DNA of 64,000 bases from a bacterium (GTDB lineage: Bacteria; Hinthialibacterota; Hinthialibacteria; Hinthialibacterales; Hinthialibacteraceae). The stretch is from assembly GCA_963662285.2 (NCBI GenBank), contig CAXXMV010000002.1, positions 800,001-864,000 of the forward strand, in the 5' to 3' direction. The notes below the pieces were generated by a model. It had not been told where the DNA came from, did not search any database, and saw only the letters and a list, made by a program, of their open reading frames with translations. Every line of letters begins with the position of its first letter. Positions within the stretch are counted from its first letter, which is position 1. A program made the position numbers and the translations under genes. Below, piece after piece: positions 32,169 to 42,768 of this stretch.

Positions 32169-34127
32169 ATGAAAACCAAACATACTAAAACCAACAAGCA
32201 CGGTTTGGCCTTTAAATTATCATTGCTCGTACTGACAAGTACATCATTGATTTTCGTTGCTGCATTCAGTTATAACTACATGTATTCCAGAAAAATTGTA
32301 TTGGAAAATGTTAAAGAAAACGCCAAAAGCATGACAGCCTCAACGGTCAACAAGATTGAAGGGGTTATAACTGGAGTGGAAAAAACGCCTGATTTCCTCG
32401 CCGCACATTTAGAGAATGGTCATCTAGACCAAAAAACATTATTTAACTGCATAGAAAAACTAGTTTCTCTCAACGAAGAAATCTTTGGTTCCACCGTCTC
32501 TTTTGAACCATATGTATATGATCCTGCGGTACGTTTATTCGGTCCCTATTTTTATAAAAAGGACGGCGCCATTGCTTACACGGATTTAAGTAGTAACTAT
32601 GATTATCTAACCCACGATTGGTATACCGAACCAAAAGAATTGAACGCAACAGTCTGGAGCGAACCGTATTTCGATGAAGGCGGCGGAGAGATTATTATGT
32701 CTACTTATTCCGTGCCTTTTTATAGAACCATCGAAGGAAAACGCGGTTTCCAGGGAGTTGTAACAGCGGATATATCACTTGAATGGTTAGTCGGCATCGT
32801 CTCATCCATCTCATTCTTAGACAATGGATACGCTTTTCTGGTTGCTCATAATGGCGTCTTTGTCACGCATCCAGACAATAACTTGATTATGAAAGAAAGC
32901 ATCTTCAGCCTCGCCGATAAACATAGCGATGAGAATCTCCGCGATATCGGCAAAAAAATGGTGCAGGGCGAAGAAGGCTTTGCTCCCTATAACAGCATTC
33001 TTCTTCAAAAGAAATGCTGGATGTATTACGCATCGCTGCCGACTACCGGATGGTCAATCGGCATCGTATTCCCCGAAGATGAATTGTTCGCCAATCTTCA
33101 TTCCTTAAGCCGCACGGTTTTCATCATCGGCGTAATCGGTTTTATTCTGCTATTTATTGTGATTATTTTCATTTCCGGCGCCATTGCTAAACCAATTCGC
33201 AACCTGGCCAATATGACGGCCGATATCGCCAAGGGCAATCTCGACATCGAATTGCCTAAATCATCATCCAGTGATGAGATTGGCGCTTTATCCCACTCTT
33301 TCGAAGATATGCGCGTCGCTCTCAAGGAATACATCTCCAACTTAACCGAAACCACAGCGGCTAAAGAGCGCATCGAAAGCGAATTAAAAATTGCCCACAG
33401 TATTCAGATGAACTTTCTTCCCAAGAAATTCCCGCCTTTCCCGGAAAAGGAAGAATTCGAAATTTACGCAACCCTCGAACCAGCTAAAGAAGTTGGCGGC
33501 GACCTCTATGATTTCTTTCTATTAGACGACGATAATCTCTTCTTCTCCATTGGCGATGTCACCGACAAGGGAGTTCCGGCAGCTCTCTTTATGGCAGTAT
33601 CTAAAACCCTGATGAAAGGCATCGCCGAACAAGGCAAAAAACTGGATTACACTCCAGCCGACGTCCTGATGAAAGTCAATGAAGAATTGGCGCACGACAA
33701 TGAGACCTCGATGTTCGTCACTGTGATTTGTGGATTTCTTAATATCTCAACCGGACATCTGGTTTATTCCAACGCCGCTCATAATCCACCTGTCCTGCTT
33801 CGCGCCAACGGCAAACCAGAGTGGCTTGCACTGCCTCCGGGATTCCTGCTTGGACCAATGGAAGGCACCAAATACCAAAACATGGAATTAACGCTTAATC
33901 CCGGCGATTCGCTGTTGCTTTACACCGATGGGGTTGATGAAGCCATGAATGTTAATGAAGAGTTTTATACCAAAGAAAAAATCCTTCGCACTGTCGAAGC
34001 GAGCCAGTCTGAAACGGCTGAAGGTTTGGTCAAGGATGTTATGACTTCCGTCAAAGAATTCTCAGAAGGCGCCGCACAATCAGATGACATAACATTAGTA
34101 GGCCTGCATTACATCGGTAGAGCCTAA
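32169..34127 (+). CDS. Membrane sensor phosphatase (dCache + HAMP + SpoIIE/PP2C)
   Basis: WYTEP..WSEPYFDEGG, DEIGALS, VGGDLYDF, IGDVTDKGVPAAL, YTDGV, DDIT. Confidence 0.92.
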   Translation: MKTKHTKTNKHGLAFKLSLLVLTSTSLIFVAAFSYNYMYSRKIVLENVKENAKSMTASTVNKIEGVITGVEKTPDFLAAHLENGHLDQKTLFNCIEKLVSLNEEIFGSTVSFEPYVYDPAVRLFGPYFYKKDGAIAYTDLSSNYDYLTHDWYTEPKELNATVWSEPYFDEGGGEIIMSTYSVPFYRTIEGKRGFQGVVTADISLEWLVGIVSSISFLDNGYAFLVAHNGVFVTHPDNNLIMKESIFSLADKHSDENLRDIGKKMVQGEEGFAPYNSILLQKKCWMYYASLPTTGWSIGIVFPEDELFANLHSLSRTVFIIGVIGFILLFIVIIFISGAIAKPIRNLANMTADIAKGNLDIELPKSSSSDEIGALSHSFEDMRVALKEYISNLTETTAAKERIESELKIAHSIQMNFLPKKFPPFPEKEEFEIYATLEPAKEVGGDLYDFFLLDDDNLFFSIGDVTDKGVPAALFMAVSKTLMKGIAEQGKKLDYTPADVLMKVNEELAHDNETSMFVTVICGFLNISTGHLVYSNAAHNPPVLLRANGKPEWLALPPGFLLGPMEGTKYQNMELTLNPGDSLLLYTDGVDEAMNVNEEFYTKEKILRTVEASQSETAEGLVKDVMTSVKEFSEGAAQSDDITLVGLHYIGRA

Positions 34128-34152
34128 ATCACAACGATGCTCGAAACCCCAT

Positions 34153-34352
34153 CTAGGGCGCGCCTCTTATGGGCGCCCCGGCCCACAATCACCGAATATC
34201 AAGCCCGAAACTGGGTGCCAAGGGCAAGACCGCATTGCGGTCAGCCCTTGATGCGATTACCTACGTATCTCAAAACCTCTTCCAGAAAAGAATTTGGGTG
34301 AGAGTGATTTTTGAAATTACTTAAGTTAATGACATAGCCCTTGTGGGCGCCC
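34153..34352 (+). repeat. Composite REP cluster (B-like + D + IS4-like end + half B)
   Basis: GGGTGCCAAGGGCAAGACCGCATTGCGGTCAGCCCTTG; CTTAAGTTAATGACATAGCCCTTGTGGGCGCCC. Confidence 0.85.
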
Positions 34353-34372
34353 GATCCGCAACCACCGAATAT

Positions 34373-34414
34373 AAAATCAAGCCCGAAGCAAATGCTCCGG
34401 GCTTGATTTTTTTT
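34373..34414. terminator. Bidirectional terminator
   Basis: AAAATCAAGCCCG...CGGGCTTGATTTTTTTT. Confidence 0.75.
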
Positions 34415-34442
34415 CCGACCTATTAAATCCACTTACAAGTTA

Positions 34443-35138
34443 TTATTCAATTTCCTTAATTTTAATATTACGGAAATAGATCGGCGCTCCAGCATGTTTG
34501 CCCTGGAAGCCGATATGGCCATGAGTAGCGATTTCAGCTTTAGGTTTGCTCAGCCATTCGGGAATATCGCTGCCATCAGGATTTTTCTTGGCGCTGGTCC
34601 ATTTTTTCAAATCCATCCGGTTAACTCTCTCATTATTGAGCATAACTGATAGTATATTGTCTTTACATCTGACCGTCATACGGTTCCATTCGCCTGGTTT
34701 CTTGACGACGCTTTTCCGTGCGGCTTTATGACCGAAGAACGCAGCGCATTGCCAGGTCTTGTCGGCTTTACCCCACTGCTCGGAATGATCATCCGCAATC
34801 TGAATCTCAACCGAATTGGGAATCCAGTTTTTCATATCGCTGCAATAAACGATAACGCCGCTATTGGTTCCATCAGCGGTTTTGAATTCCAGGTCAAGAA
34901 TGAAATTATCGTAGTCTTTCTTGCTCCAGAGCGCCTGATCTTCGCTGGCGGTAATCACGCCGTCTTCAACGGTCCAGATTCCCTTGGGGAAAATAGCGTC
35001 TGACAGGTCAGGCTTAAATAATGAATCCCACTCACTGACATCTGGGTGTCCCTTTTGCGCAGCGGCTCTGCCCTGGGCTGACGCCACAACTGGCAGTACC
35101 ATGCAGCACAATAAAACAGCAATCAAAATTCTTTTCAT
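34443..35138 (-). CDS. Secreted DUF1080 (3-keto-disaccharide hydrolase) protein
   Basis: Signal peptide; W.VEDG, YDNFILDLEFK, NSGV, EIQI, GEWN, GHIGFQ, FRNIKIKE. Confidence 0.9.
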   Translation of the reverse strand: MKRILIAVLLCCMVLPVVASAQGRAAAQKGHPDVSEWDSLFKPDLSDAIFPKGIWTVEDGVITASEDQALWSKKDYDNFILDLEFKTADGTNSGVIVYCSDMKNWIPNSVEIQIADDHSEQWGKADKTWQCAAFFGHKAARKSVVKKPGEWNRMTVRCKDNILSVMLNNERVNRMDLKKWTSAKKNPDGSDIPEWLSKPKAEIATHGHIGFQGKHAGAPIYFRNIKIKEIE

Positions 35139-35266
35139 AATACCATCTCCTTTTTATACGCTCCAATTACCAAATTAAAGCGTGTTAATACAAATTACTC
35201 CGTCGCTATTCTACCAATATTCGTCAAGGGAATTAAGAAGGATTGAAGATCCGGCGGGATATATTA

Positions 35267-36661
35267 TTAAAATTGAAAATATATAAATGGTTGGAAACCA
35301 ACCGGATGATAGAGCAGAACCAGCCACAACATAACGAAAATAACCACTGGCGAATACCAGGCCTGCATAGGCGCCTCAAGCCACTTCTCTTTCTTCAATG
35401 CATGACAAATATGAGTAATAACCATCAAACCAAGGCATAATAACGCGAATGGATGAATCCAACTTATACCGGCAACCGGCGCAAACATCTGCTTCAACAT
35501 CAAAAAAGCATCCGCAAACGCCGGTGAACGGAATAACACCCAGCTTATTAATACCACCAGCATGGTGCTAAACCATCCCAAAAAACTCTCTATCATCATC
35601 CTGGATTTGTCATTCGCATTCTTCAACATCCATCGGTTAACCGCTAAAGCCGCCCCATGCAAACCGCCCCATAGAACAAAGGTCCACGATGCGCCATGCC
35701 ATAAACCGCCCAGCAGCATGGTGATCATAAGATTGATATAGGTTCTGATTTCACCTTTGCGGTTACCGCCCAGTGAGATGTATAAATAGTCGCGCAGCCA
35801 ACTGGACAACGAAATATGCCAGCGCCGCCAGAAATCCTGAATGCTGGTTGCGATATAGGGATGATTGAAATTGGCTTGAAAATCAAAGCCCATGGTTCGC
35901 GCTAAACCAATAGCCATATCTGAATAGCCGGAGAAATCGCAATATATCTGAATGGCGTAAGCGATGACGGCCAGCCATGTGGTGACGCAATCAAAGGCGC
36001 CCGCATTATCAAACACCACATCAACGAACATGGCCAGCCGGTCGGCGATAAAGACCTTCTTGAATAGACCGAAGACGAACTGCCGCCCGCCCGAGTACGA
36101 CCTGCACCAACTCATTGACCTCGGTGTTTTCAGTTGCGGCAAAAAATCCGCCGCCCGTACTATTGGCCCGGCCACCAATTGGGGGAAGAATCCCACAAAT
36201 AGAGCAAAATCAAAAAAATCATGACAAGGCTCTATGCGTTTGCGGTAGATGTCGATGGTATAACTCAGCGTCTGAAATGTATAAAACGAAATGCCCACTG
36301 GCAATATGATATTCAGTGATTGCAGATTAAATCCCAGCGGCGCCAGCATCAGCGCTGCGGAATCGATAAAGAAATTGCAATACTTGAAGAATCCCAAAAG
36401 CCCCAGATTGGCGACCAGGCTGATGCATAGAAGAGTCTTACGGTTTTTCTGATTATCGGTTTTATGAAGAGTCGCGCCGACTATGTAATCGACTACAGTC
36501 GAAAGAATGATCAAGCCCAGAAAGCGCCAATCCCAATAAGCGTAGAAATAGTAACTGCCCGCCAGCAAAATAATTTTCTGAACGCGAAAGTTTTTAATGC
36601 TCAATAGCAGAATGACCGTAATACAAAAGAAAATTATAAATTCAATTTGAGTGAATAGCAT
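35267..36661 (-). CDS. MBOAT O-acyltransferase (AlgI/DltB-like)
   Basis: LPVGISFYTFQ, FFPQLVAGPI, YCDFSGYSD, FWRRWHISLS, GLWHGA. Confidence 0.93.
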   Translation of the reverse strand: MLFTQIEFIIFFCITVILLLSIKNFRVQKIILLAGSYYFYAYWDWRFLGLIILSTVVDYIVGATLHKTDNQKNRKTLLCISLVANLGLLGFFKYCNFFIDSAALMLAPLGFNLQSLNIILPVGISFYTFQTLSYTIDIYRKRIEPCHDFFDFALFVGFFPQLVAGPIVRAADFLPQLKTPRSMSWCRSYSGGRQFVFGLFKKVFIADRLAMFVDVVFDNAGAFDCVTTWLAVIAYAIQIYCDFSGYSDMAIGLARTMGFDFQANFNHPYIATSIQDFWRRWHISLSSWLRDYLYISLGGNRKGEIRTYINLMITMLLGGLWHGASWTFVLWGGLHGAALAVNRWMLKNANDKSRMMIESFLGWFSTMLVVLISWVLFRSPAFADAFLMLKQMFAPVAGISWIHPFALLCLGLMVITHICHALKKEKWLEAPMQAWYSPVVIFVMLWLVLLYHPVGFQPFIYFQF

Positions 36662-37742
36662 TCTGCGCCTTCTCCAGATGCATACATACCGCCTCAGCGA
36701 TTAAGCGATGGCCCTCTTTATTGAAATGACCTTCAAGCGGAGTGGTGTTGCTGAATCCGCGGGATAGTTTCATGCTTGATTCATATAGCGCTATCAAATC
36801 CGGCGTCAAATCAATCACTCCGGCGCCATGTTTATTACAAATTCGCTTAAACTCCTTGAACATTGCCGCATTGGGATCAGTCAAAATAACTTTACCCTTA
36901 TCAATGCTTGGAACAGCAGGACTATAGACAATCAAAATCGGCTGGTCAGTCTGCGCAGTCAATCCGGTTAATAAATAATCCCAGGCATCTCGATAGAACT
37001 GCGCATCCTCTTTCATAGGCGCTTGTTCTTGTTCAACGACTTGTTCAATTGGACCAAGGCGAAACCTTAGATGTTTAATCTTATTCTTAGTAGATGAAGC
37101 AAAACGGAAAAACGCGTCCGCCCGGAAATAGCGCGCCAGCGTTATGAGTCCGGGATTCTTAATTGGTGGAATTGGATCATCAATTTCAAAATGAAAATCC
37201 GGCTTAGACGCAAACCTGAAGCGGGTAGTAGAGCGATCCGGTAAGGTATCAGCCAAATCATGGATAACGATCACATGGCAGTGTATCGGTTTAAGCGTCT
37301 CCTGATATTTCGGCATCAAAAAATAATAATCAGCGCAATCACGCTCACCCGTTCCAATGCCCAAGCCCCTCAGCTTCAGAGTATGCTTGTCATTCCATTG
37401 CGTGGTGAATTGCTGCGCCATCTTATCGTCATCGTCTACCTGAAAACCTTGCACGAACGAGTCGCCCCAAAAGACCACTTTAGGTTCTTTAACCGCGCTG
37501 ACATCAGGTATGGCGTAAATACCGTGGCGCCCCACCAGCGTCCGCCCCCAACCTTCTGTGCGATGCTGGTGAATAGTCCCCGCTGAGATGACGTAATCGC
37601 CAATGGCTGCATCCCATTCCCAGTTATATAAAGTGGTCGAACAATACAGCGCGATGCACCAGACAATCGCGCAAGCAACCATCAGACCGAACAACCAACG
37701 TATGAGAACTGGAAGAGATTTTGAAAAATAAACGATATTCAT
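36642..37742 (-). CDS. SGNH/GDSL-like partner of the MBOAT (AlgJ-like)
   Basis: N-terminal TM; WGDSF block I; EGHFNKEGH block V; overlaps MBOAT start. Confidence 0.75.
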   Translation of the reverse strand: MNIVYFSKSLPVLIRWLFGLMVACAIVWCIALYCSTTLYNWEWDAAIGDYVISAGTIHQHRTEGWGRTLVGRHGIYAIPDVSAVKEPKVVFWGDSFVQGFQVDDDDKMAQQFTTQWNDKHTLKLRGLGIGTGERDCADYYFLMPKYQETLKPIHCHVIVIHDLADTLPDRSTTRFRFASKPDFHFEIDDPIPPIKNPGLITLARYFRADAFFRFASSTKNKIKHLRFRLGPIEQVVEQEQAPMKEDAQFYRDAWDYLLTGLTAQTDQPILIVYSPAVPSIDKGKVILTDPNAAMFKEFKRICNKHGAGVIDLTPDLIALYESSMKLSRGFSNTTPLEGHFNKEGHRLIAEAVCMHLEKAQNAIHSN

Positions 37743-37835
37743 GTAAATGATTTCTGTGATTTAATTAAGACAACTATATTCAAACCTATATGCAACGAAT
37801 GTATAAAACCACCCAAAAATTACCAATACACCAAA

Positions 37836-37879
37836 GCGTAGGATGGGTCACGCCTCACCGACCCATCAAAAAACCACCC
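37836..37879 (+). repeat. GTAG-headed REP-like palindrome, family C2
   Basis: GCGTAGGATGGGTCACGCCTCACCGACCCATCAAAAAACCACCC, identical to 54172-54215. Confidence 0.85.
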
Positions 37880-37945
37880 CAACAAACCAACCACTCCCCA
37901 CCGACCCATCAAAAATCCACCCAAAGAATCAAATCCCCTCTCTCC

Positions 37946-39763
37946 CTACTCAACGCCAATCTTCTCAAACACGCGGTCAATCCAATTATCATAGGTCCAA
38001 TCCATGTTGACGCGCTTTTGCGCGTTACTGCGGATTTCATCCATCTCGTCCTTATGCCCAAGATAGTATTGGATTTTATCATAGTATTCATCCAGTGATG
38101 AAGCATAAACCATTTCGTGATCCGACTTCAAATAACAATCAAACTGAGGCATATCGCTAACCTCGAAAGCCCCCATCCCGGCTGCATTGAAGAAACGCAT
38201 GTTGGGACCAGTGACATGAGCAATGGATTGAATATTTATAAAAACGCTTCCATGCGAAAAGACTTTGCGCTCTTCCTGGATGGGCAAGCCGCCTTGCAAG
38301 CAATTGCGCAGCAATGAGTTTTCAGAAAGATAATTACCCCAATCACCGCCAAAGAGAGCCAGTCCCAATGGCGCTATTTTTTCTAAAACCGTTTTGCGGC
38401 GGGCCGCGGAAGCCTGACATAGAAGATAGCGGAAGATAGCGTATTGCTCTTTTTCGATATCAACCTGTGGGATCGGATTATCATTCAAATAATCATAAAG
38501 GTTGTTTTGCTGATTGAAGTCGCTCAGATTTCTTTCCGCATTCTCAATGTATTCTAAAAGAACCTGACGTTCTTTCCACTGAGCCTTAAATGCTTCAACC
38601 ACCGGAGGCGCCATGCCCAAAGAGTTGCCCACAAAAACCACCGGAAAACGATGATTGGTTAGCGCCGGTTCAGTCGCTGTATAATCCGCCATCAACGGAA
38701 CAAAATGCACATTACGGTATCCCCGGTTTTGAAAATAAGGCGCCAGCCGCCCATCTATCACAAAGCTATGCTCCCCAGGATATTGAGCATTATCATAATA
38801 AGCAATATTAGTAACCACCTGCACCCAGTGAATATCAAGCGCATCAAAAACTTCCCTCGAAACAAAATGCGGTGCATGATAGCCGAAACTTAAAATCATG
38901 TCCGGTTTAAATTCCCGCACCAGTTGGATAACATGCGATTCCACTATCCTGCCATATTCCAAACCTCCCCCATCAAAGCGGTAGCGGTTTATATTTAATC
39001 TTTGAGTTTTAATATTCCGCTTAGCCAGAAAAGAGTTGATCGCTTGCATGTGAATCTCTTGTGGAGCGTTCACCCAACAATTGATCAGCAAAACACGCTT
39101 GATAACATCTTGCGCCGGGGAACATGATTTCAATTCAGAGATTAATTCGACTCTCTTTGTTTTTGCGCTCTGAACATGTTCAGCATATTTGTTAATCAAT
39201 AATTCTGTATTCACTTTCCCTTGCATCTCTGGAGAGCAAATAACCTTTAGCGATTCAAATTGAAATAAATTCAAAGGTTCAAGTTTTTCGAGAATGCTGT
39301 CTGCATCAAGCTCGCTGACTATGAAATGCAACCGCTCAGTAACCAGGGCGGGTCTGATATCAACAAAAGAAAGACACGCCAGGATTCGGTCAATGGAAGG
39401 CTCAATCACCACAACCCGCAATGCAGGATTTTGTAGAATATACGGGATTATTTCAGCTACTCCATAACCGATAGACGCCCCAAGCAGCAACACGACGCCT
39501 TGCTCTGGAGCAGCGTGGTTAACGCAATCTTTGGCTTGTTGCATCTCGCTTTCGACATCGGAATGACCGATAATCCAATACGATGAGTCGCCATCCCTTC
39601 GGCAACGGATATTCCCGTTCACAGACTGAAAAACCAGCGATTCCGTAAGCGGCGAATTGTTTAACAAATAAGCCAACTCATGCTGCCTGGTATTGATATA
39701 CTCAATCGTCGCCTTACGCTTCGGAGTATCCAAAGAAGCCAGCGGAATCCACGGATTATCCAT
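37946..39763 (-). CDS. MAF/DUF115-like N-terminus + CgeB-like glycosyltransferase
   Basis: LLGASIGY..VVIEP N-terminus; FVGN, LFGGDW, INI, PNMRFFNAAGMGAF C-terminus. Confidence 0.7.
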   Translation of the reverse strand: MDNPWIPLASLDTPKRKATIEYINTRQHELAYLLNNSPLTESLVFQSVNGNIRCRRDGDSSYWIIGHSDVESEMQQAKDCVNHAAPEQGVVLLLGASIGYGVAEIIPYILQNPALRVVVIEPSIDRILACLSFVDIRPALVTERLHFIVSELDADSILEKLEPLNLFQFESLKVICSPEMQGKVNTELLINKYAEHVQSAKTKRVELISELKSCSPAQDVIKRVLLINCWVNAPQEIHMQAINSFLAKRNIKTQRLNINRYRFDGGGLEYGRIVESHVIQLVREFKPDMILSFGYHAPHFVSREVFDALDIHWVQVVTNIAYYDNAQYPGEHSFVIDGRLAPYFQNRGYRNVHFVPLMADYTATEPALTNHRFPVVFVGNSLGMAPPVVEAFKAQWKERQVLLEYIENAERNLSDFNQQNNLYDYLNDNPIPQVDIEKEQYAIFRYLLCQASAARRKTVLEKIAPLGLALFGGDWGNYLSENSLLRNCLQGGLPIQEERKVFSHGSVFINIQSIAHVTGPNMRFFNAAGMGAFEVSDMPQFDCYLKSDHEMVYASSLDEYYDKIQYYLGHKDEMDEIRSNAQKRVNMDWTYDNWIDRVFEKIGVE

Positions 39764-39805
39764 GCCATTATCCTTTCTCAAACTCTTCGCCCAAACCTAT
39801 ACATT

Positions 39806-39830
39806 GTAGGGGCGCCTCTCGTGGGCGCCC
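39806..39830 (+). repeat. GTAG-headed REP-like palindrome, family B
   Basis: GTAGGGGCGCCTCTCGTGGGCGCCC; intact version of the motif found split beside IS4-like ends. Confidence 0.85.
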
Positions 39831-39933
39831 AATACGCCCCCATCACTTTAGACAATATACTTACATGCCAAAAGTCGCAATTTAAAAAAATATTCACAAA
39901 CCAAGTTTATAGGAGTTATATCACAGATATTGG

Positions 39934-40614
39934 CTAGGCGGTAAGGTCGACCTTTTGCCCGGTGGGAAACATGGGTTTTATCTCAGGGAAAATCACTACA
40001 TGCGCATTGCCGCCGCCAACAAACCGCTCTCCAGTGGCTGGATCAATGCGGTTGTGAACCGTAACCGAAGCCAACACGCGCTGCCCATTCAAGATCGCAT
40101 CGCTGGTTTCCCGCCGTACATGAGACAGTTCATGCTGCCGCACCGCAAAGGGCGCCTGCGCTGATCCGACTGGCTGAGAATACTGAAACGATACGCCGGA
40201 GTCGCTTGAACCATCCGCATAGGAAACCGTATCCCGCTCCAAAGGCTGGTTTGGATCAATCCCCTGCGCCTCACTGGCCGGGATTTGTCCGGATTCGTCA
40301 TTGCCCTCAGGAGCAGTTGAGGCTTCTTTTTCAGGCTGAGCAGTTGGATCAGCCGGAGAAATTGGATCAGCGGTTTCTTCCGCAATTTTCAACGCTTCTC
40401 TGGCGATACGTTGCGCATCAATCCCCTTGCCAGCCGAAACATTCTGCTTGGCCTGAGCAAGCATATTGACGACGCGCATGGCTTTGGAGCCGGTGACATG
40501 GTTTTGATTAAGCAGACGCATGGCTTCAGCGATAGAGCGTTGCGTTTTGCTCGACGCTGGATCGTAAGGTTTAATGGGGTTGCTGGCTTGCACCGGCCCG
40601 ATAGCATCAACCAT
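39934..40614 (-). CDS. Hypothetical protein, SprA-related-like (HExxH)
   Basis: VRQHELSH and DPATG.RFVGGG.A.V resemble the SprA-related family; low-complexity linker. Confidence 0.5.
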   Translation of the reverse strand: MVDAIGPVQASNPIKPYDPASSKTQRSIAEAMRLLNQNHVTGSKAMRVVNMLAQAKQNVSAGKGIDAQRIAREALKIAEETADPISPADPTAQPEKEASTAPEGNDESGQIPASEAQGIDPNQPLERDTVSYADGSSDSGVSFQYSQPVGSAQAPFAVRQHELSHVRRETSDAILNGQRVLASVTVHNRIDPATGERFVGGGNAHVVIFPEIKPMFPTGQKVDLTA

Positions 40615-40678
40615 CTTCTTCCTCTACAACTCATACAAACATACATGTCTCAACCAGGAATGCCGTATAACCAAAATT

Positions 40679-40713
40679 CCCTCTCCCTCCGGGAGAGGGC
40701 TAGGGTGAGGGGG
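40679..40713 (+). repeat. REP-like palindrome, family A
   Basis: CCCTCTCCCTCCGGGAGAGGGCTAGGGTGAGGGGG. Confidence 0.85.
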
Positions 40714-40794
40714 AATCTAAAAACACCCCCGGCAAACCAAGTTGATAAAATTCCAAATTCTCTTGACCGGTGAATATATTATATCGAAATAATT

Positions 40795-40831
40795 AAAAAC
40801 CGGCAATAGCATTTACGCTATCGCCGGTTTT
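40795..40831. terminator. Intrinsic terminator
   Basis: AAAAACCGGC.ATAGC...GCTAT.GCCGGTTTT. Confidence 0.7.
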
Positions 40832-40856
40832 GCTGTTAATTCCTAATTTCTTGAAC

Positions 40857-42539
40857 TTAATGACTATTCTGCTTCATCATCCCGCCTAAAACCGCGTTCT
40901 TAACCGCTGTAATCTCTTTAACCGGAATTATCAGGCGCGAAACCATGTCGCCGTTTTCAACATAAGCATCTATCGTAAGCCCAGGATTATCTGCATCTTT
41001 GGGAACTTCAATCATCAACAGGGGATTAATCCCACCTTTGAAAAATCTGGCCATTTGCGCTTTAGCGAAATTGATGCCTTCCAGAACATTAATTCGCGCC
41101 CATACGAATGAATCCGGCGTGATCATCTTTTTCACATCAGCCGTATCTATATTTTCCATAAGCCGGTCCAAAACCTTGGGCATGTCTTCCGACGTAAAAA
41201 CCAGCAAGTCTTTATATATAGCATAATAATAATCAACATTTTGCAGTTTCATCATCTCCGCTATAGGAGATTCCGGGTCATCCGCTTTGTATCTGAGACC
41301 GAGTTTCGAATAGGCGATATCTTTATAGGTTCCAATATTCTTTTCTTCTTTAACTTCGAGTTTGATGCCCGTTGCCGGTTGCATCATTCCCGCAGAGTTT
41401 TGGATAATCTCATCCATACTATCGAATATTGCCAGCGCTTTTTTTGTATCTTTAATTTCTATCAACTCAGTAAGCGCCATAGGATTTACAGATTGTTCAG
41501 CCGCATTCATAGTCAATCCGATTGGACCCGCATAGACGTCTTCAATATCCTCCATAATCTTCTTGAGTCCATCGAGAGGCATATCTAGTTTTTCAAAATC
41601 ACTCATAAAGCGTTCTTTTGTCATTTCATAAAGTTTTGGATCAATATTCATAACCGCCGACACAAAATCGCCGGGCTTAATTAGAGATATAACTTTTGAT
41701 ATATCAACCATCTTCGCGATATTTATATATTCAGCGAAAGGCGTTCCCGGCTTAACCGAGACGCGTTTGCGCAATTGGGCTTGTTCTGCAGAAAGCTGGA
41801 TATCAAGCCGTGTAATGCTGATCTGGTCCATCAGATCCAAAATCCAACCCACCTCTATTTCCAGCATAGGAACTACATTAGCTGACATAAAAGGCGCCAT
41901 GCTCATGGTTTTAGAAAAATCACCAATCATCTCTTCAGATAATTCTTTCAGAACTGGAGTTAATTTATCATTATTAATCCACAAACTCAGGTCTTCCTCC
42001 GGGTCTGCTGGCCAGTTAGTCAGTTTATCTAAATCAACGCTTAAAAACCAATTTTTCGCTTTTTCTGGCATTTCCCCATCATATACCAGCAGCGCATTAT
42101 CTCGAAAAATAAGGGGATGTCTCTTTTTATTATATATACCCGGTTCAACTTCCTCTAATTCTGATTTCTCAATTACCATATCTTTATCAAGAACTGGCGC
42201 AATCAACGCTACTTTTACATCGTCATCACCGTCCAAAGATACTAACAACCAGATAGGTTTGGTTTTATCGATTCCATCAAGCGTTTTCACTTGAAGCGCA
42301 TCTATTGCAACAGTTTCCAATTCACCGCCCAGGGGAAGACCAGCTGCGGGAAGTAGAAAATCGTTCATATGCTTTGAACCCTGCTCTATCCCGGCAAGGC
42401 GGGCCACCGCAATAACATCATCCGGTAAAAGTGAAAATAACTGTTTCATTTCAGGTGATTTAACCTGCTCAGATGCAAATGTAGCCGAAATAGTTACCGT
42501 CAAAACTAATCCAGCAATAAAAAGCGACCTTTTCAACAT
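40857..42539 (-). CDS. Secreted hypothetical protein
   Basis: AAGGAG RBS; signal peptide MLKRSL...ATFA; long ORF with no recognised catalytic motif. Confidence 0.7.
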   Translation of the reverse strand: MLKRSLFIAGLVLTVTISATFASEQVKSPEMKQLFSLLPDDVIAVARLAGIEQGSKHMNDFLLPAAGLPLGGELETVAIDALQVKTLDGIDKTKPIWLLVSLDGDDDVKVALIAPVLDKDMVIEKSELEEVEPGIYNKKRHPLIFRDNALLVYDGEMPEKAKNWFLSVDLDKLTNWPADPEEDLSLWINNDKLTPVLKELSEEMIGDFSKTMSMAPFMSANVVPMLEIEVGWILDLMDQISITRLDIQLSAEQAQLRKRVSVKPGTPFAEYINIAKMVDISKVISLIKPGDFVSAVMNIDPKLYEMTKERFMSDFEKLDMPLDGLKKIMEDIEDVYAGPIGLTMNAAEQSVNPMALTELIEIKDTKKALAIFDSMDEIIQNSAGMMQPATGIKLEVKEEKNIGTYKDIAYSKLGLRYKADDPESPIAEMMKLQNVDYYYAIYKDLLVFTSEDMPKVLDRLMENIDTADVKKMITPDSFVWARINVLEGINFAKAQMARFFKGGINPLLMIEVPKDADNPGLTIDAYVENGDMVSRLIIPVKEITAVKNAVLGGMMKQNSH

Positions 42540-42768
42540 GTTTAACTCCTTCTGTTTAGTAATCATCATAGGGATATTACGTCTCTTCTCATTATAACTA
42601 TACGAATATTAGACTATTTATATTCAACGCATGTTAATCTGTATTCATAACATTTCAAGCGATTGTCAAAAATATTTTCGTTTATTGTCACGTTTGGTCT
42701 TCGAACAAGCCAATCTTTTCTGGCTTGTTCGTCGGGCGCCAAGGCGCCAATAGCAAGACCACAATAAC

